Assembly: GCA_951406725.2 (NCBI GenBank)
Contig: OX597818.1
Location: 62,372,001 to 62,436,000, forward strand
DNA length: 64,000 nt
Reading direction: 5' to 3'
Origin: Octopus vulgaris
Taxonomy: Eukaryota
The notes under the pieces were generated by a model that searched no databases, was not told the origin of the DNA, and saw only the letters and a program-made list of their open reading frames with translations. The position numbers were made by a program, and so were the translations under genes. This document shows positions 1-14,065 of this stretch, piece after piece; positions within the stretch are counted from its first letter, which is position 1, and each line of letters opens with the position of its first letter.

Positions 1-97
1 TGGTCAAATCTAATTCCAAGATCTAATGATTGTTAATATATCTATTTATGATACGGTGGAACTTGCCAGAGAAGATGACTTGGAAAATGCAGCAGGC

Positions 98-308
98 TTT
101 ACTCTTTTATTTGTTTCAGTCATTTGACTGCGGCCATGCTGGAGCACCGCTTTTAGTCGAGCAAATCGACCCCGGGACTTATTCTTTGTAAGCCTAGTAC
201 TTATTCTATCGGTCTCTTTTGCCGAACCGCTAAGTTACGGGGACGTAAACACACCACCATCGGTTGTCAAGCGATGTTAGGGACAAACACAGACACACAA
301 ACATATAC

Positions 309-380
<72 letters not shown>

Positions 381-493
381 TTTATTTAAAAGCAGCAGAA
401 ATTCAACAAAACCTGTTACTCGGAGTTTCACGTTCCCGTACGTCGGACAGTTTTGTTTTTTTCCACCTTGTTTCACATTTATGTGTTTACTCC

Positions 494-572
<79 letters not shown>

Positions 573-730
573 ACATATATACGACGGGCTTCTTTCAGTT
601 TCCGTCTGCCAAATCCACTCAAGAGATTTTGATCGGCCCGAGGCTATAGTAGAAGACACTTGCCCAAGGTGCCACGCAGTGGGACTGAACCCGGAACCAT
701 GTGGTTGGTAAGCAAGCTACTCCTGCGCCT
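98..730 (-). mobile_element. tRNA-derived SINE family A (CORE-like body), interrupted by (TA)n and a ribozyme-bearing insert
   Basis: Minus strand reads GGCGCAGGAG..AGCTTGCTTACCAACCACATGGTTCCGGGTTCAGTCCC (tRNA-like head, B-box-like), GGCACCTTGGGCAAGTGTC (CORE-like) and tail ...GACTGAAACAAATAAAAGAGTAAA; about 10 related copies in the window. Confidence 0.85.
405..457 (-). ncRNA. Minimal type I hammerhead ribozyme motif, variant/decayed core (CCGACGU)
   Basis: Minus strand: AACAAAACTGT-CCGACGT-ACG/GGAA/CGT-GAAA-CTCCGAG-TA-ACAGGTTTTGTT; same family as 3372-3426. Confidence 0.6.
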
Positions 731-859
731 ATGATATACTGATATTCTCCAAGCAACTTGAGGGACCCACTTATCGCTGTCTGTTCATTAATCCTGTCCT
801 CAGTAACATTAACATAATCACTTAGGTAAGGAGTCATTACTTTAACAAGCTCAACAAAT

Positions 860-1480
860 GTTATAATGTTTGCACCGCCAACAATAAATACAGGGTTTAT
901 TTACTGAGCTTCTCCACCCTCTATTCATAAAAGGGCCGTGGTGAGTAGAGTTCTCTGACACTACGTCCATAAGATCCAGTCAGAAGCGACCGTTATTAGA
1001 CTTTCAAGCAGGATTTCCAAGCGCGACACACTAAAGATATTCCCCCCACCATCTCGTTTTTGGTCTGTTCCTAGATCTCCTTCCATGCTACGATTCTTGC
1101 CTCTAGCATTCTAAAGTCAAGTGTGTTGAACCGTAGCTGTGACCTGGACCAAACAGCTCCACCCGTAAAGACACCCTGTTCCCTGACCTACTCACACTAT
1201 GAACTCCGTCCCGACCGCTTGTTCTCGGGATCTTACTCTTTCAGCTGTCGCCCAACATACATGAACAATAGTAAGGATATAAGGACAGATTATTCAGTCC
1301 TCATCTAGTTAGACATTGTAAATAGTACAATGTTTTCTCGACTCTGTAATTACTTTTCGCCATTCTTTTGCACTGACTCACTTGCCAAGACTCTATGTGT
1401 CATATTCAATGTTGCATATAATTTCCATTCTATAAACATCCTAACAAGCAATATATAATGGTTTGTTGACCCTATTAATA
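860..1480 (-). mobile_element. Possible heavily decayed L1/Tx1-like LINE C-terminal fragment
   Basis: Non-repetitive stretch; minus-strand translation has many stops but pieces such as RSL..VRELYS and CIYC recall a Tx1 Cys-rich region; recall-based only. Confidence 0.25.
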
Positions 1481-2444
1481 TAGCAGTCCTGTGTCAAAGG
1501 GGTCGAAACTGCGTAAACTTTGCGAGATTGCCCACGATTACATTTGTTTTTATCTGCTTTTTATTGAGTGTGCATATATCTTATGTATGAACAAATATAT
1601 GTATGTATGCATGTATGTATGTACGTGTGTGTATGTATGCATGCATATGTATATGCATATATACGTGTGTGATTTTTTCTAACTATCTGTATATCTATAT
1701 CTATCATTCTATATATATATATATATATATACATACACACACACACACATATATATATATATGTATGTATGTATGTATTTTTTAATGCGTGTATGAGAAG
1801 TCTGTGTTTATGTTGTGTGTCCATAAGTGCATACATTCAACCAAACACATACTTACACATACACACACAAATACATGAACAAATGCACAATTCGTTCTAC
1901 ACACTTGAAATAAGTTGTTTACAATTCTGGATATTTTTTTACAGAAGTCTCTATTATTATACATACATACATACATACATACATACATACATAAAATACA
2001 TACGTACATACATACATAAGTATATATACACACACATACATATATACATATATATATATATAAACGTGTGATGTTGATCTTCAACTGTGATTGGCATTAT
2101 TATATAGGAATAAAAAATAGTGCAATAAAGGACGAGAAATGACCAGACTCGTCGGCAGTTATTGGTTATTAAAGATTCTTTGACAGTTTGTCGCTTCTGT
2201 CGGAGATAGTGAGAGTTAGACACAAAAGGAAACTCGCCTGCGCCGTCTTCGTTTCCTCATAAAGTCTCCAAATATAAACATATAAACGAACCCTTCTACA
2301 AAGGCTTTTGTCAAAGAATGTCATACGCACACATGAAATGACTTTTGCAATAATCTTGAAAATGACAACAAATATGGGTAGTTATTAATTCCCACACATC
2401 CTTTGTTAAAACTGTGCATTGTAGTTATTGCTGTTTTTATTAAT

Positions 2445-2508
2445 GTTATTATTATTATTACTATTATTATTATAATTACTATTATTATCATTATTATCAT
2501 TATTATTA

Positions 2509-2572
<64 letters not shown>

Positions 2573-2601
2573 CATTATTATTATTATCATTATTATTATC
2601 A

Positions 2602-2686
<85 letters not shown>

Positions 2687-2697
2687 CATTATTATTA

Positions 2698-2776
<79 letters not shown>

Positions 2777-2830
2777 TTTTGCTTCTATTTTTATTATTAT
2801 TTTAATTATTATTATTATTATTGTTGTTGT
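2445..2830. repeat. (ATT)n microsatellite
   Basis: ~380 bp of ATT with ATC/ACT variants. Confidence 0.95.
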
Positions 2831-3057
2831 TATTCCTCTTGTTAAAAATTACTGAGGTCTGATGGTGTCACGACGCTAACATATAAGAAAATCTTTACAA
2901 TGAGTAACTATTTGTGAACAAGAACAGTAAAAATGGGAAGTAATATCTATTTTAAAAATTTATTAAAAAAATATAGTATTATGGATAAATGTACGTATGT
3001 ATGAATGTATATGAATTTGTATGTATGTATATAACAATCTATATATTTATCCATCAT

Positions 3058-3291
<234 letters not shown>

Positions 3292-3293
3292 AA

Positions 3294-3521
3294 TTAAAAG
3301 CAGCAGAAATAGAACAGAAATAATGATATGATCAAAAGAGTTTTGGCCACATTGTTATCTCTGTTCTATTTTAACAAAGCTGTCCGACGAACGGGAACGT
3401 GAAACTCTGAGTAACAGCTTTTGTTATATTTCTGCTGCTTTTAAATGAAGCATACTCTACCTCTGGTATTTGAGCAATCTATTTTTCGCCTTGTTTCACA
3501 CTTATGTGCTTACACCGGTAT
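3294..3521 (+). mobile_element. Non-autonomous Penelope-like pLTR-type element with inverted segment
   Basis: TTAAAAGCAGCAGAAATA (3294-3311) is inverted at 3427-3444; carries an HHR motif; its 3' end CCTTGTTTCACAC..CCGGTAT matches 466-499. Confidence 0.6.
3372..3426 (+). ncRNA. Minimal type I hammerhead ribozyme motif, core CCGACGA
   Basis: Stem I AAGCTGT/ACAGCTT, core CCGACGA (3384-3390), stem II ACG-GGAA-CGT, GAAA, stem III A-CTCTGAG-T, predicted cleavage GUA after 3413. Confidence 0.75.
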
Positions 3522-3610
3522 TTATCTAATCATATATTTTGATATTTTGCTTAGGCATAGCCATATAAATAGTGGTGCTAGAACTCAATATACATACATG
3601 CATGCACACA

Positions 3611-4117
3611 CATCATCATCATTGTTCGACCGTGGTCGAGATAATGGAATTTACCATGCTACGCCAGACTTCACGGTCCATCATGGCATTACGGAGGTCC
3701 TGTTGCTGGATGCCTGTATCCCTGGAGATTACATCAGGGTAGGAGAGTGTGCGCCCTCTGGTATTGCGAGTAGATGGCTTCCAGAGGAGAAGAGTAGAAA
3801 TTACTTCTTTTTCAGCTCTACAACAATGTCCAGCAAACTGGACTCTTCTACCTTTCACAAGAGATGACACAGGTGGTAGTTTCCCATATATTTGCATTTT
3901 GGTTGGGTGGCGCTTCCACGAGAGATTTTGAGCTCTCATAAGGAGGCGAGTGTAGGTTCCATCCAACCGCCTCTCAAGCTTCTTTGATAACGTCCAGGTT
4001 TCTGAGCCATATAGTAGAATAGGTTCGACTGTGGCTTTGAAGATTTCAAGTTTGAAGTCTCTACTTAGATTTGATGACCAGATCTTATGCATGTCATTAC
4101 AGGCTGACCAGGCCATG
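3611..4117 (-). mobile_element. RTE-clade LINE 3' end (RT C-terminus) with (TGA)n tail
   Basis: Open frame ..IFKATVEPILLYGSETWTL..RRVQFAGHC..AMMDREVW; short TGA tail after the stop. Confidence 0.85.
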
Positions 4118-4299
4118 CACACACACACAAACACACACACGCACATGTATATCTATGACTTAATCGGTAGATGCTGGTAAGTTACTCGAGGGCAGAACGT
4201 TTCGAACCTGTCCATCTTGAAGGAAAATAACAACAGGCCCACATCTCATTTCATTCAAAATTCTTGATTCACATAACCTTTGTAATAAAAGAGATTACA

Positions 4300-4745
4300 T
4301 TTAGTTAGTTAGTTAGTTAGTTAATTTGGCTCAAAAGCAAATAGCAAGGCCATGTAGGGGGACATGGAGTTAAGTACAGGGTGGTGTTCATGTAAAGAGT
4401 TCAGGCCACTTGAGGTCCAGGGAGGCTTTGAACAAAGCGGTCGTCGGCATCTTCACCATCTCGTCTGGCAGCTTGTTCCACGGATCCGCAACCCGGACGG
4501 AGAAAGCTCCTCTCCTTCGATTGAGATGAAATCGTCGCAGGTAGAGCTTTTCGGAATGACCCCGCAGCCGACGCTCCGGAGCAGGAGTGAAGAACAGCTC
4601 TTTCGAGAGGTTACACTTTCCGCTTATGATGTTGTGGGCGAGAATGAGATCACCACGGCGGCGGCGTTTTTCAAGAGAATAAAGGTCGAGCGTCCTCAGC
4701 CTTTCTTCGTAGGACAAATTTTTGAGACCATGAACCATGCGGGTA
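4300..4745 (-). mobile_element. CR1-clade LINE 3' end with (CTAA)n tail
   Basis: LSYEERLRTLDLYSLEKRRRRGDLI..RGHSEKL..FSVRVADPWNKLP..FKASLD; TTAG repeats at 4300-4322. Confidence 0.9.
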
Positions 4746-4837
4746 CTTCCCAAATGTGCTAAACATCGGGGTCGAACCTGAAAACAAATGATTATAAAGT
4801 AAATAACTTTACTTCATAGCCATAAATTTATTCATAT

Positions 4838-5222
4838 GAAGCACTCCGTCGGTTACGACGACGAGGGTTCCGGTTGATCCGATCAACGGAACAGCCTGCT
4901 CGTGAAATTAGCGTGTAAGTGGCTGAGCACTCCACGGACACGTGTACCCTTAACGTAGTTCTCGGGGATATCCAGCGTGACACAGAGAATGACAAGGCCG
5001 GCCCTTTGAAATACAGGTACAACAGAAACAGGAAGTAAGAGTGAGAGAAAGTTGTGGAGAAAGAGTACAGCAGGGATCACCACCATCCCCTGCCGGAGCC
5101 TCGTGGAGCTTTTTTAGGTGTTTTCGCTCAATAAACACTCACAATGCCCGGTCTGGGAATCGAAACCGCGATCCTACGACCGCGAGTCCGCTGCCCTAAC
5201 CACTGGGCCATTGCGCCTCCAC
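4838..5222 (-). mobile_element. tRNA-derived SINE family B, full length
   Basis: Head GTGGAGGCGCAATGGCCCAGTGGTTAGGG..GGTTTCGATTCCC (A/B boxes); 12-bp TSD ATTTATTCATAT at 4826-4837 and 5225-5236. Confidence 0.9.
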
Positions 5223-5688
5223 TTATTTATTCATATAAACGTGCAATATCCAGCACACAGAAACGAAAACCAGAACATTAATATCAATATAGATGGACAG
5301 AATAATTAGAATCTATGACATGGTGCTTCGATTAACACATTAGAACACATTAGGAAATCCATATGGAAGAGGAGTAAAAAATATTCTATGAGAGATAATA
5401 ACTGTATACAAAAATTTTAGTGGAAGAAGTTAAACTGTAATTAGAATCCTAAGTGCTTTGTAATGTAGCATTAATTAATTAATTCATATATTTATTCAAC
5501 TATAGTGGTTAGTATTAGTTAATATATTACTTCGAGACGGTCTACTTCTGGCGTGGGAAAATTTAAACGAAGAAACGACTTATTTTTCTGTCACTCTAAG
5601 TATTTTCATCAGGCTATGTTTTGACGACAATACAGGCCAGACAGTGTATGTATGTATGCATACATACATACATACATACATACATACA

Positions 5689-5722
<34 letters not shown>

Positions 5723-5780
5723 CATACATACATACATACATACATACATACATACATACATGCAGACATACATGCATACA

Positions 5781-6169
5781 CTTTTACTCTTTTACTTGTT
5801 TCAGACATTTCACTGCGGCCATGCTGGAGCATCGTCTTTAGTCGAGCAAATCGACCCTAAGGCTCATTTTTTGTAAGCCTAGTACTTATTCTATCGGTCT
5901 CTTTTGCCGAACCACTATGTTACGGGGACGTAAACACACCGGCATCGGTTGTCAAGCGATGCTGGGGGGACAAACTGACACAGAAACATATACACACGCA
6001 TACACATACAAACACATACACACAGACACACACACACACATATATATATATAAATATGACGACTACTACTCACAAGGTATTGGTCGGCCCGAGGCTATAG
6101 TAGAAGACACTTTCCCAACCCGGAGGAATGTGGTTGGTAAGCAAGCTACTTACCACATAGCCATTCCTG

Positions 6170-6170
<1 letters not shown>
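5781..6170 (-). mobile_element. SINE family A, internally deleted
   Basis: Similarity to 98-730. Confidence 0.8.
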
Positions 6171-6228
<58 letters not shown>

Positions 6229-6546
6229 GTATATATATATACTAGAAGAGACATACATATTACAAGTTCAGGTTAATACTCGCAATTATTGGGGCCCTGG
6301 GATATGTAACACATACATACATACAAACAAAAATGCTCTGTTGTTGATGTTGAAATTCCAATGAAGGAGTCTTGGAGCTGGGTGAGAAACCGGTTCTTTT
6401 CCAATTGGCAAGAAATCTTGAAATAAAACTGAACAATGATGCATACACGCACACACGCACAAATACACGCGCGTACACATACATATATCTATATCTTTAT
6501 CCATCTATCTATATAAATATGTATGTATATATACATATATCTGCAC

Positions 6547-6593
<47 letters not shown>

Positions 6594-6749
6594 TAAGCAA
6601 GCATATGCACATACAAATATATACATACATATATATATATATATATATACACACAAATGTATATGAATATGTATACGTATTTATTTATATTACATATATG
6701 GATTATTTGTATGTACGTATATATGCATACATTTATCTATCTATCCATA

Positions 6750-6797
<48 letters not shown>

Positions 6798-6810
6798 TAT
6801 ACATACATAC

Positions 6811-6849
<39 letters not shown>

Positions 6850-7426
6850 TAAATATATATATATCCTTATTCGTATATATACATTTATGTATATATTATT
6901 TGAAGATAAGAGCTAGATAGGCATATTATATTCGACAGTGTAATTCAATTGCTGCCACGCAAACACATCACAGATGAAATCAGATATCACCATAGAAACG
7001 TGGATATAACGATACAGTTTTATTGCCGAATCCTTTTGATACGGCGTATCGCGACTTGATCATACGCATATATATGAGAGGACGCTTGTATCAAGGTGTT
7101 TTGCTGTTGATGTTGCTGCTGTTGATGTTGTCGTTGTGGTTTAAGTGCAAGTGATCTTTGATCAAGGAGACGAAACACGTTCTAGCAGTGACCACCCCTA
7201 CTTTTCAGACATAATTTAGCTAATGTAACATCATCAAATATCCTTTTTCCTTTGACGTTTTGTTTTTAAAATTATTATTTTCAAAATGGTGGAGTTTGAT
7301 TTGAACGAATATCTAACTTCTATGTCTTGCAGGTCAGCTGACCACGTACGGGCGTTCTTATTGTCATGTATGTTGTTTGATATGAGGGTTAAAACAAGAT
7401 GGGTGGTATTGCCGTTGGTAGCTTCG

Positions 7427-7465
<39 letters not shown>

Positions 7466-8320
7466 GGAACAGCAGTATTAGCAACAGCATCAGCAACAGC
7501 AGCCGTTTAAGAATTTGGACCTGGAGATATCCATTTCCAGCGACTTCGAGGACCACCTCCCAGTGGTGTCGGGCGTCAACGAAGAGCCCTCGACTACACA
7601 AAACGACCAAAGTTTTTTCTTCCAAGGTCTGGGGTCTCCCGCTCCTAAGCCCTAGACCATCACCTAATCACCCTTACACGTCTTGTTGCTTAACAACAAC
7701 AACAGCAGCGCAAGAACGATGCAGTGAGAAGCTACTAAGCGATTAGGGGATTTCCAAATTTTCCCTATAGACCAGAGACCCCAGATTTGTCCTGCTGAGG
7801 TTTGATTTTGTTTGGAATGGGACGACTGGGCGTAGCAGTTTGAAAGTGGACAATTTGACACGGCTGAGTACATAGTCGACCTGTTTTGGCTACGGCATAT
7901 TATTTTTTATGTTGTAGGCAAGCAGTCATGAATACACGCAGGATTATACTCATATAGAGAGAAAGAATAAGAGAGAAAGAGAGAGAGAGGGGGGAGGGAA
8001 TGAAAGAGAGACATTATAATGTATTATTTGAGCTTGAGCTCAATTAACATAAACGCTCTCTTTCTCGTCACACACATAAATAAAAATACACACACACACA
8101 CGGAGAAAGTTGAAAGAGAGAGGGTGGGGAGAGAACGAGAGAAATAGTAAGACATATTTTGCCAGATATGTCAAAGTTGAGTCAGCGACGCTGAAACTGC
8201 TGTGCCAAAGCGTCTCGAATCCAATTTTGCCTGAGTGCGATACAGATTATAGTATAACTTGAAGAGACAAATGCATACATCCATACACACACATACTCGC
8301 GCACGTACACACAAGCTCGC

Positions 8321-8361
<41 letters not shown>

Positions 8362-9472
8362 TATACAGAAGGAGAAAGAGAGAGAGAGAGAGCGAGAGAG
8401 AGCGAAATATAAATGTAAGACACAGAAGTATTTGGTTTATCTATATTCCGTTCTTTGACGCAATTATATTGTGTAAAGAAAGACATTAACTGAAAGTAAC
8501 TTTGTATTAGAATATAACAAAACAAAGAAATAATTCGAGAGAAAGGTTGGTGGTCTGAGCTAAGTCAGCGTTAGCTTTATGGTAAAGTTCATGAGTCTGT
8601 TTAAAATGGTAAGATATAGGAAGAAGGAATCGCTGACATTTCAGTACCGCCTTCCCCACAACATAAAGAACTTATCCAATACTCACGTTTGACTTTACTG
8701 TGAGAGCTTAACATTGAATGAAGAGGATGTTACGCGTTTAGAAATGGAGCAATATCAAATATACTGAAAAGAACTACATTAAAAGCAATACAAACCCAGG
8801 AATAATATATTTAAACAACAAAAGTTGGAAGTATTTAAAGGTATTTTGTATATTTTGTAAAATTAGAAAATCTTTGAGAAAACTAAAGATTGTGTCTCTT
8901 TACTTTCCAGGAAGGAAGTAAATAGAAAATATATAACAAAACTGCAAGGAAATCGAACTTTCACAATTATCAAGTGAATATTATGAGTGAAGTTTTGTTG
9001 CAGTTCTCGTGTTCTAGGTTAGATGCACATCTGTGACTACATGCGTTTCAGTCGTAACAATTCCGTCTTCTACTCAAGCGCATTTCATCTCGCATAAGGG
9101 TTCTCAAATATTTTTGCTCCCTACGGACTCCTTTGGGTACGGTTTTATTCTTGTAGACCCCGATTGCCATTTGATATTGAAAGACCAAAATTCTTATTTT
9201 GTTTTACACACAATAACTTGTGTAGGATAAACCATGTAAAATGTTAGAGAAAGAAACCTAGCTTTTTCTTGTAAGTAAGAACGAATAGAGTAAGTTTGGG
9301 TTCAATTCCAGGTAGGGTTAATGCTATTACTATTATTGAGGGATTTCTTACTGATCCTAAGTTGATCAATAGCAAGGTTATCCTCCAGAATACGTGTTGC
9401 ACAAAATACACATCAAAAGCAAAGCTTTTCAGGAGCCATTAAACAAACATTGTGGATCCCCAATTCATAATT

Positions 9473-9708
9473 CTTATTTCTTTATTGCCCACAAGGGGCT
9501 AAACATAGACAGGACGAACAAGGACAGACAAAGGGATTACGTCGATTACATCAACCCAAGTGCTTAACTGATGCTTAATTTATCGACCCTGAAAGTATGA
9601 AAGGCAAAGTCGACCTCGGTGGAATTTGAACTCAGAACGTAGCGACAGACGAAATACCGCTAAGCATTTTCCCCGGCGTTCTAACGTTTCTTCCTGCTCG
9701 CTGCCTTA
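9473..9708 (-). mobile_element. tRNA-derived SINE family C (MetaSINE-like domain)
   Basis: Minus strand GAGTTCAAATTCC B box followed by GCCTTTCATACTTTCAGGGTCGATAAATTAAG. Confidence 0.8.
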
Positions 9709-10248
9709 ACCCTAACCCCAATTCACAATTCTGCTACACGGAACCCTCGAAATTGTATATGGGCCCTAAGGGAACCCGGCTGAAAACCATTGATCTGGAA
9801 CAAAATTACTCCCATTTACGTCTTAGTGGGATGTAAAGTATATATTTTTGGAAAGCAATTTTGCTGTTATTTCCAGCTTGTCAAATGGCAACTATATGAC
9901 CCCCCTCACCGCTTTCCCTTCTAAAATACAAAGTTGCTTCAACAGAATGGAATGTTTTGAGCGTGGTTTCATTAAACCGAATTGAATCCAAAATGGAGAA
10001 CGCAACTATTTCATAGAATTGTCTGAGGGAAAATCCTGCTTGGTCGGCAAGAAAATGATAAGGTCATAATTTGCCTGGGAATATTGATATCGATGTTTCG
10101 GCATTATGAATTAAGCATGCACAGAGAGTTACACACATACGTGCACACTCATACACACTCACATACACGCACACACACACACACATTTTTATATACACAT
10201 ACATGTGTATATATATGTTCATAAATATATATGCATATCATATAGTAT

Positions 10249-10327
<79 letters not shown>

Positions 10328-11258
10328 ATGTGTATAGTAGACATACATATATATGTATATATGTATGTATATATGCAACATACTTCTAGCATACATGAAC
10401 ACATACATATACACACAAAAAACATTCATATATGTTTATGTATATATATGTATATACATACATATATACATATATATATATACATATATCTATATGTATG
10501 CACATATATATGTATATATATATGTGTGTGTGTGTGTGTACAAAACTCGTACAACGCACACACACACACAGAGACGTGTGTATGCAAACTAGCAGTATGT
10601 TGTAAGGAAATATATGAATGGTTAAACACAGCATATAAAAGGGAGATCATGAACGAATACTTTCTAATTAAACAGAAGCGACAAACGTAATAAAGCTCAG
10701 CGTTGGAAGAATGGTGAGAGATTTGGTAAGGGATAAAATCCATAAGAGAAAGTGAGTGAATGAATCATAGATCAAGGCACAGGATGCAAGGGAAATGTAT
10801 AAAAGATACTTCAAAAGGACTGGAGAAATTCAAAGTTAAGCTGTATAAAGATAATAATACCGTAAGGGGGTGGGGAAATTGTTAAGACCTGCTTATGCAT
10901 AATCCATGGAGAGTTAAGCTGTAACTTAGAAATAAACGACAATTGTTCCATCATTAAGGAAAGTGTATGCGTGTGAGTGTAGCGTTTGATTTGATGAAGA
11001 AATTTCGTTCGTGTCCACGTGGTTTCGAGTTTGATCCAACTGCGCCGAATCTTGATGAATTCGGTTCTGTTTTATTCGTGGGTCGACCAATTTGCTTTGG
11101 TGCGTGGAATATGGTCGACAAGAAATAGTGACAGTGCGGCGGAACTGCTTTGTAAACGCATGGAAATAAATATATGAAGTCGTATGTGTATATATAGATA
11201 TAAGACGCATAACTGGATAAGTATACATACATATGTTTGTGCATGTGTGTGTGTGATG

Positions 11259-11323
<65 letters not shown>

Positions 11324-11493
11324 TATATATATATATATACATATATATATAAACATGTACATATATTTAATGCATTAAATATATATATACATATATATGT
11401 GTGTGTATATGTATATGTATATATATACATATATATGTATATGTATGTGTGTATATATATATATATACATGTATATATGTATATATGTGCATA

Positions 11494-11531
<38 letters not shown>

Positions 11532-11563
11532 AACGTATATAAGTATATACATACATACACAAA

Positions 11564-11627
<64 letters not shown>

Positions 11628-12099
11628 CATATGTGTTCATTTGTGTGGGTGTGACTCTATGTATATGTGTGTATCTCTGGTTCTCTGGTGTAAATGAAAG
11701 GTAAGATATAAATATTATTGAGAAAACTGTAAAACCGGTGCTTTCGAATAAAAACACATTGTTTGTATTTGTTCTGCACCACGTGGTATGGAATTTCCCT
11801 TATCATTCTCATTCTCTCCTCTAACAAAAAAAAAAAAAAAAGGGCAGCGAACCGTCGGTAACTTCTAACCAAACGACGTTATTATTCATCAAATGTGATA
11901 TAAAATAAACAAAACAAGAATAGATAGGAGCATCGAAAACTGCATGAGAGATGAAAGTGACACAAGAGATGCGGAGGATATCTGAGGAAGAGCGAGAAAT
12001 ATTTCACCTTTGATGCCACGATGTAAAATACTCGCTGAAAATAATTATTAAAAAAGAGAAAAGACAAATAACGTATTGATGGACTTAACATTAGCTTAA

Positions 12100-12570
12100 G
12101 CAAAGAAAGGATTGGAGGAGAGATCTGTAGCGTATTGTAAAGCCGGGTGAGATAGAGTGACAAAATTGGGGAAAAAAAAATATGTTGGGATTTTGAATAA
12201 AACAAGCGTAAATGTACGACTGTCAGAAGTCCAGATTTAATTTTTGTGAATAGCCATCAAAAGCAGGTATGGATTTTTGATATTTTTGGTTGCAGTGATA
12301 AAAAAATGTTCAAGAAAAAATATTAAGCAGAGAAATATTGTGAGAAAATACAAAACAGCCAGTCTTTCATGTTTGTGAAAGGAATGGAGAGATTTATCGT
12401 GACCGATCCAATTGGATGTTAAGAGGAGAAATGAGCGGAGTTCAAAGACAAGTGAAGAAGAAGTTAATTAAAGGAAATAAAGCGATTCAGTGTATGTATG
12501 TATCGAAGGGCGAAAAACAGATTTGTGAAATCAAAAGAGCGTAAGCAAGCAGGGAGTGTCACAGAGGAAG
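12100..12570 (+). mobile_element. Very decayed RLE-type LINE fragment
   Basis: Translates to TVRSPDLIFVNSHQKQVWIFDIF (PD..D-like motif) near 12219-12287. Confidence 0.35.
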
Positions 12571-12771
12571 AGAAAGATCATAGTTCTCAGTAATCATCAT
12601 CATCATCGTCGTCGTCGTTGTCGTCGTCGTCAGCATACTGAGTTCAAATTCCATCGAAGTCAACATTTTCTTCAGCCTTTCGGGATCGATAGATATAAGT
12701 AGAAGTCAAGAACTGAGGTCAATATAATCGACATTACCCGGCCCACAACAGCTGCTGGTCCTCAGCCAAAA

Positions 12772-12942
12772 TTCTTCTTCTTCTTCTTCTTCTTCTTCTT
12801 CTTCTTCTTCTTCTTCTTCTTCTTCTTCTTCTTCTTCTTCTTCTTCTTCTTCTTCTTCTTCTTCTTCTTCTTCTTCTTCTTCTTCTTCTTCTTCTTCTTC
12901 TTCTTCTTCTTCTTCTTCTTCTTCTTCTTCTTCTTCTTCTTC
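12772..12942. repeat. (TTC)n microsatellite
   Basis: Perfect run of ~170 bp. Confidence 0.95.
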
Positions 12943-12944
12943 TG

Positions 12945-13150
12945 AAGGCGGCGAGGTGGCAGAATCGTTAGCGCGCCAACCAAAATGATTAGCGGGTTTT
13001 TGTCACTCGCAACGTTCTGAGTTCAAATTCCACCGAGATCAACTTTTCTTTTCATCCTTTCGGGATCGATAAAATAAGTACCAGCTGAGCACTGGGTTCG
13101 ATGTAAGCGACTTAAAACCCTAGCCCCGAAATTGCTGGCCTTGTGCCAAA
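12945..13150 (+). mobile_element. SINE family C
   Basis: AGGCGGCGAGGTGGCAGAATCGTTAGC head, B box, Meta-like domain. Confidence 0.8.
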
Positions 13151-13197
<47 letters not shown>

Positions 13198-13201
<4 letters not shown>

Positions 13202-13792
13202 TAGTTTTATTTTTATTTTTATAGCGTGCTTTCACTTCACTACCGAGCGCAGCTCTGTGTGCCTTGGGTATGTGCTGTGATTTGTTGTGATGCTCTGATG
13301 GTTATTGTATGGAAAGTGTTCTGCGTAGGATGTGGGCAGTGCCTAGTAGTGCAATTTTCTGTATGTTATATGTGTTTGTAAGTCCTGGTGTTTTTGTTAT
13401 GTATTTGTCTGAATATTTTTTTATCATGCCTAATGCACCTACTATGATAGGAATTGTTTCTGTTTTCAGATTCCACATTCTAGTTACCTCTATTTCCAGG
13501 TCTTTGTATTTTGAGAGTTTCTCCATTTCTTTTAGAGACACGTTGTCATCTGCCGGTATTGATACATCAATTAAAAAGCATTTTTTTCTTCATGATCTCT
13601 GACAACTATATCTGGTCTGTTGGCCTTAATTTCTCTATCTGTGTGTATCGGCATATCCCAGAGTATGGTTGCTTTCTCGTTTTCTGTGACCTTTTCTGGT
13701 GTGTGCCTATACCATCTTTTTTCTGTTGTTATTCCATAATGTTGGCATAGCTTCCAATGTATGTAGGTTCCAACTCTGTCATGTCTGTGAAA

Positions 13793-13793
<1 letters not shown>
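13198..13793 (-). mobile_element. R4/Dong-type RLE LINE 3' end inserted in (TAA)n
   Basis: ..RPDIVV..CFLIDVSIP..KYKDLEIEVTRMWNLKTETIPIIVGALG..QKIALLGTAHILRRTL; (ATT)n on both sides. Confidence 0.85.
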
Positions 13794-13863
<70 letters not shown>

Positions 13864-13886
13864 TATTATTATTATTATTATTATTT

Positions 13887-14065
13887 AGGTGGCGAGTTGG
13901 CAGAATCGTTAGCACGCCGGGCAAAATGCTTATCGATATTTCGCCTGCCTTGCTGTTCTGAGTTCAAATTCAACCAAAGTCGACTTTGCCTTTCATCCTT
14001 TCGAGGTCAATAAAATAAGTACCGCTTTCCCCAAATTGCTGCCCTTGTGGCAAAATTCGATACCA
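13887..14065 (+). mobile_element. SINE family C
   Basis: Head plus Meta-like domain. Confidence 0.75.

Noticed and set aside
6352-6401. GAAACCGGTT with upstream CCAATGA (HHR-like)
   Set aside because: Two core changes and mismatched stem I next to the core; at best a very decayed motif
10960-11160. GC-richer unique-looking stretch overlapped by two ORFs
   Set aside because: Appears colinear with a highly diverged SINE family A head and body
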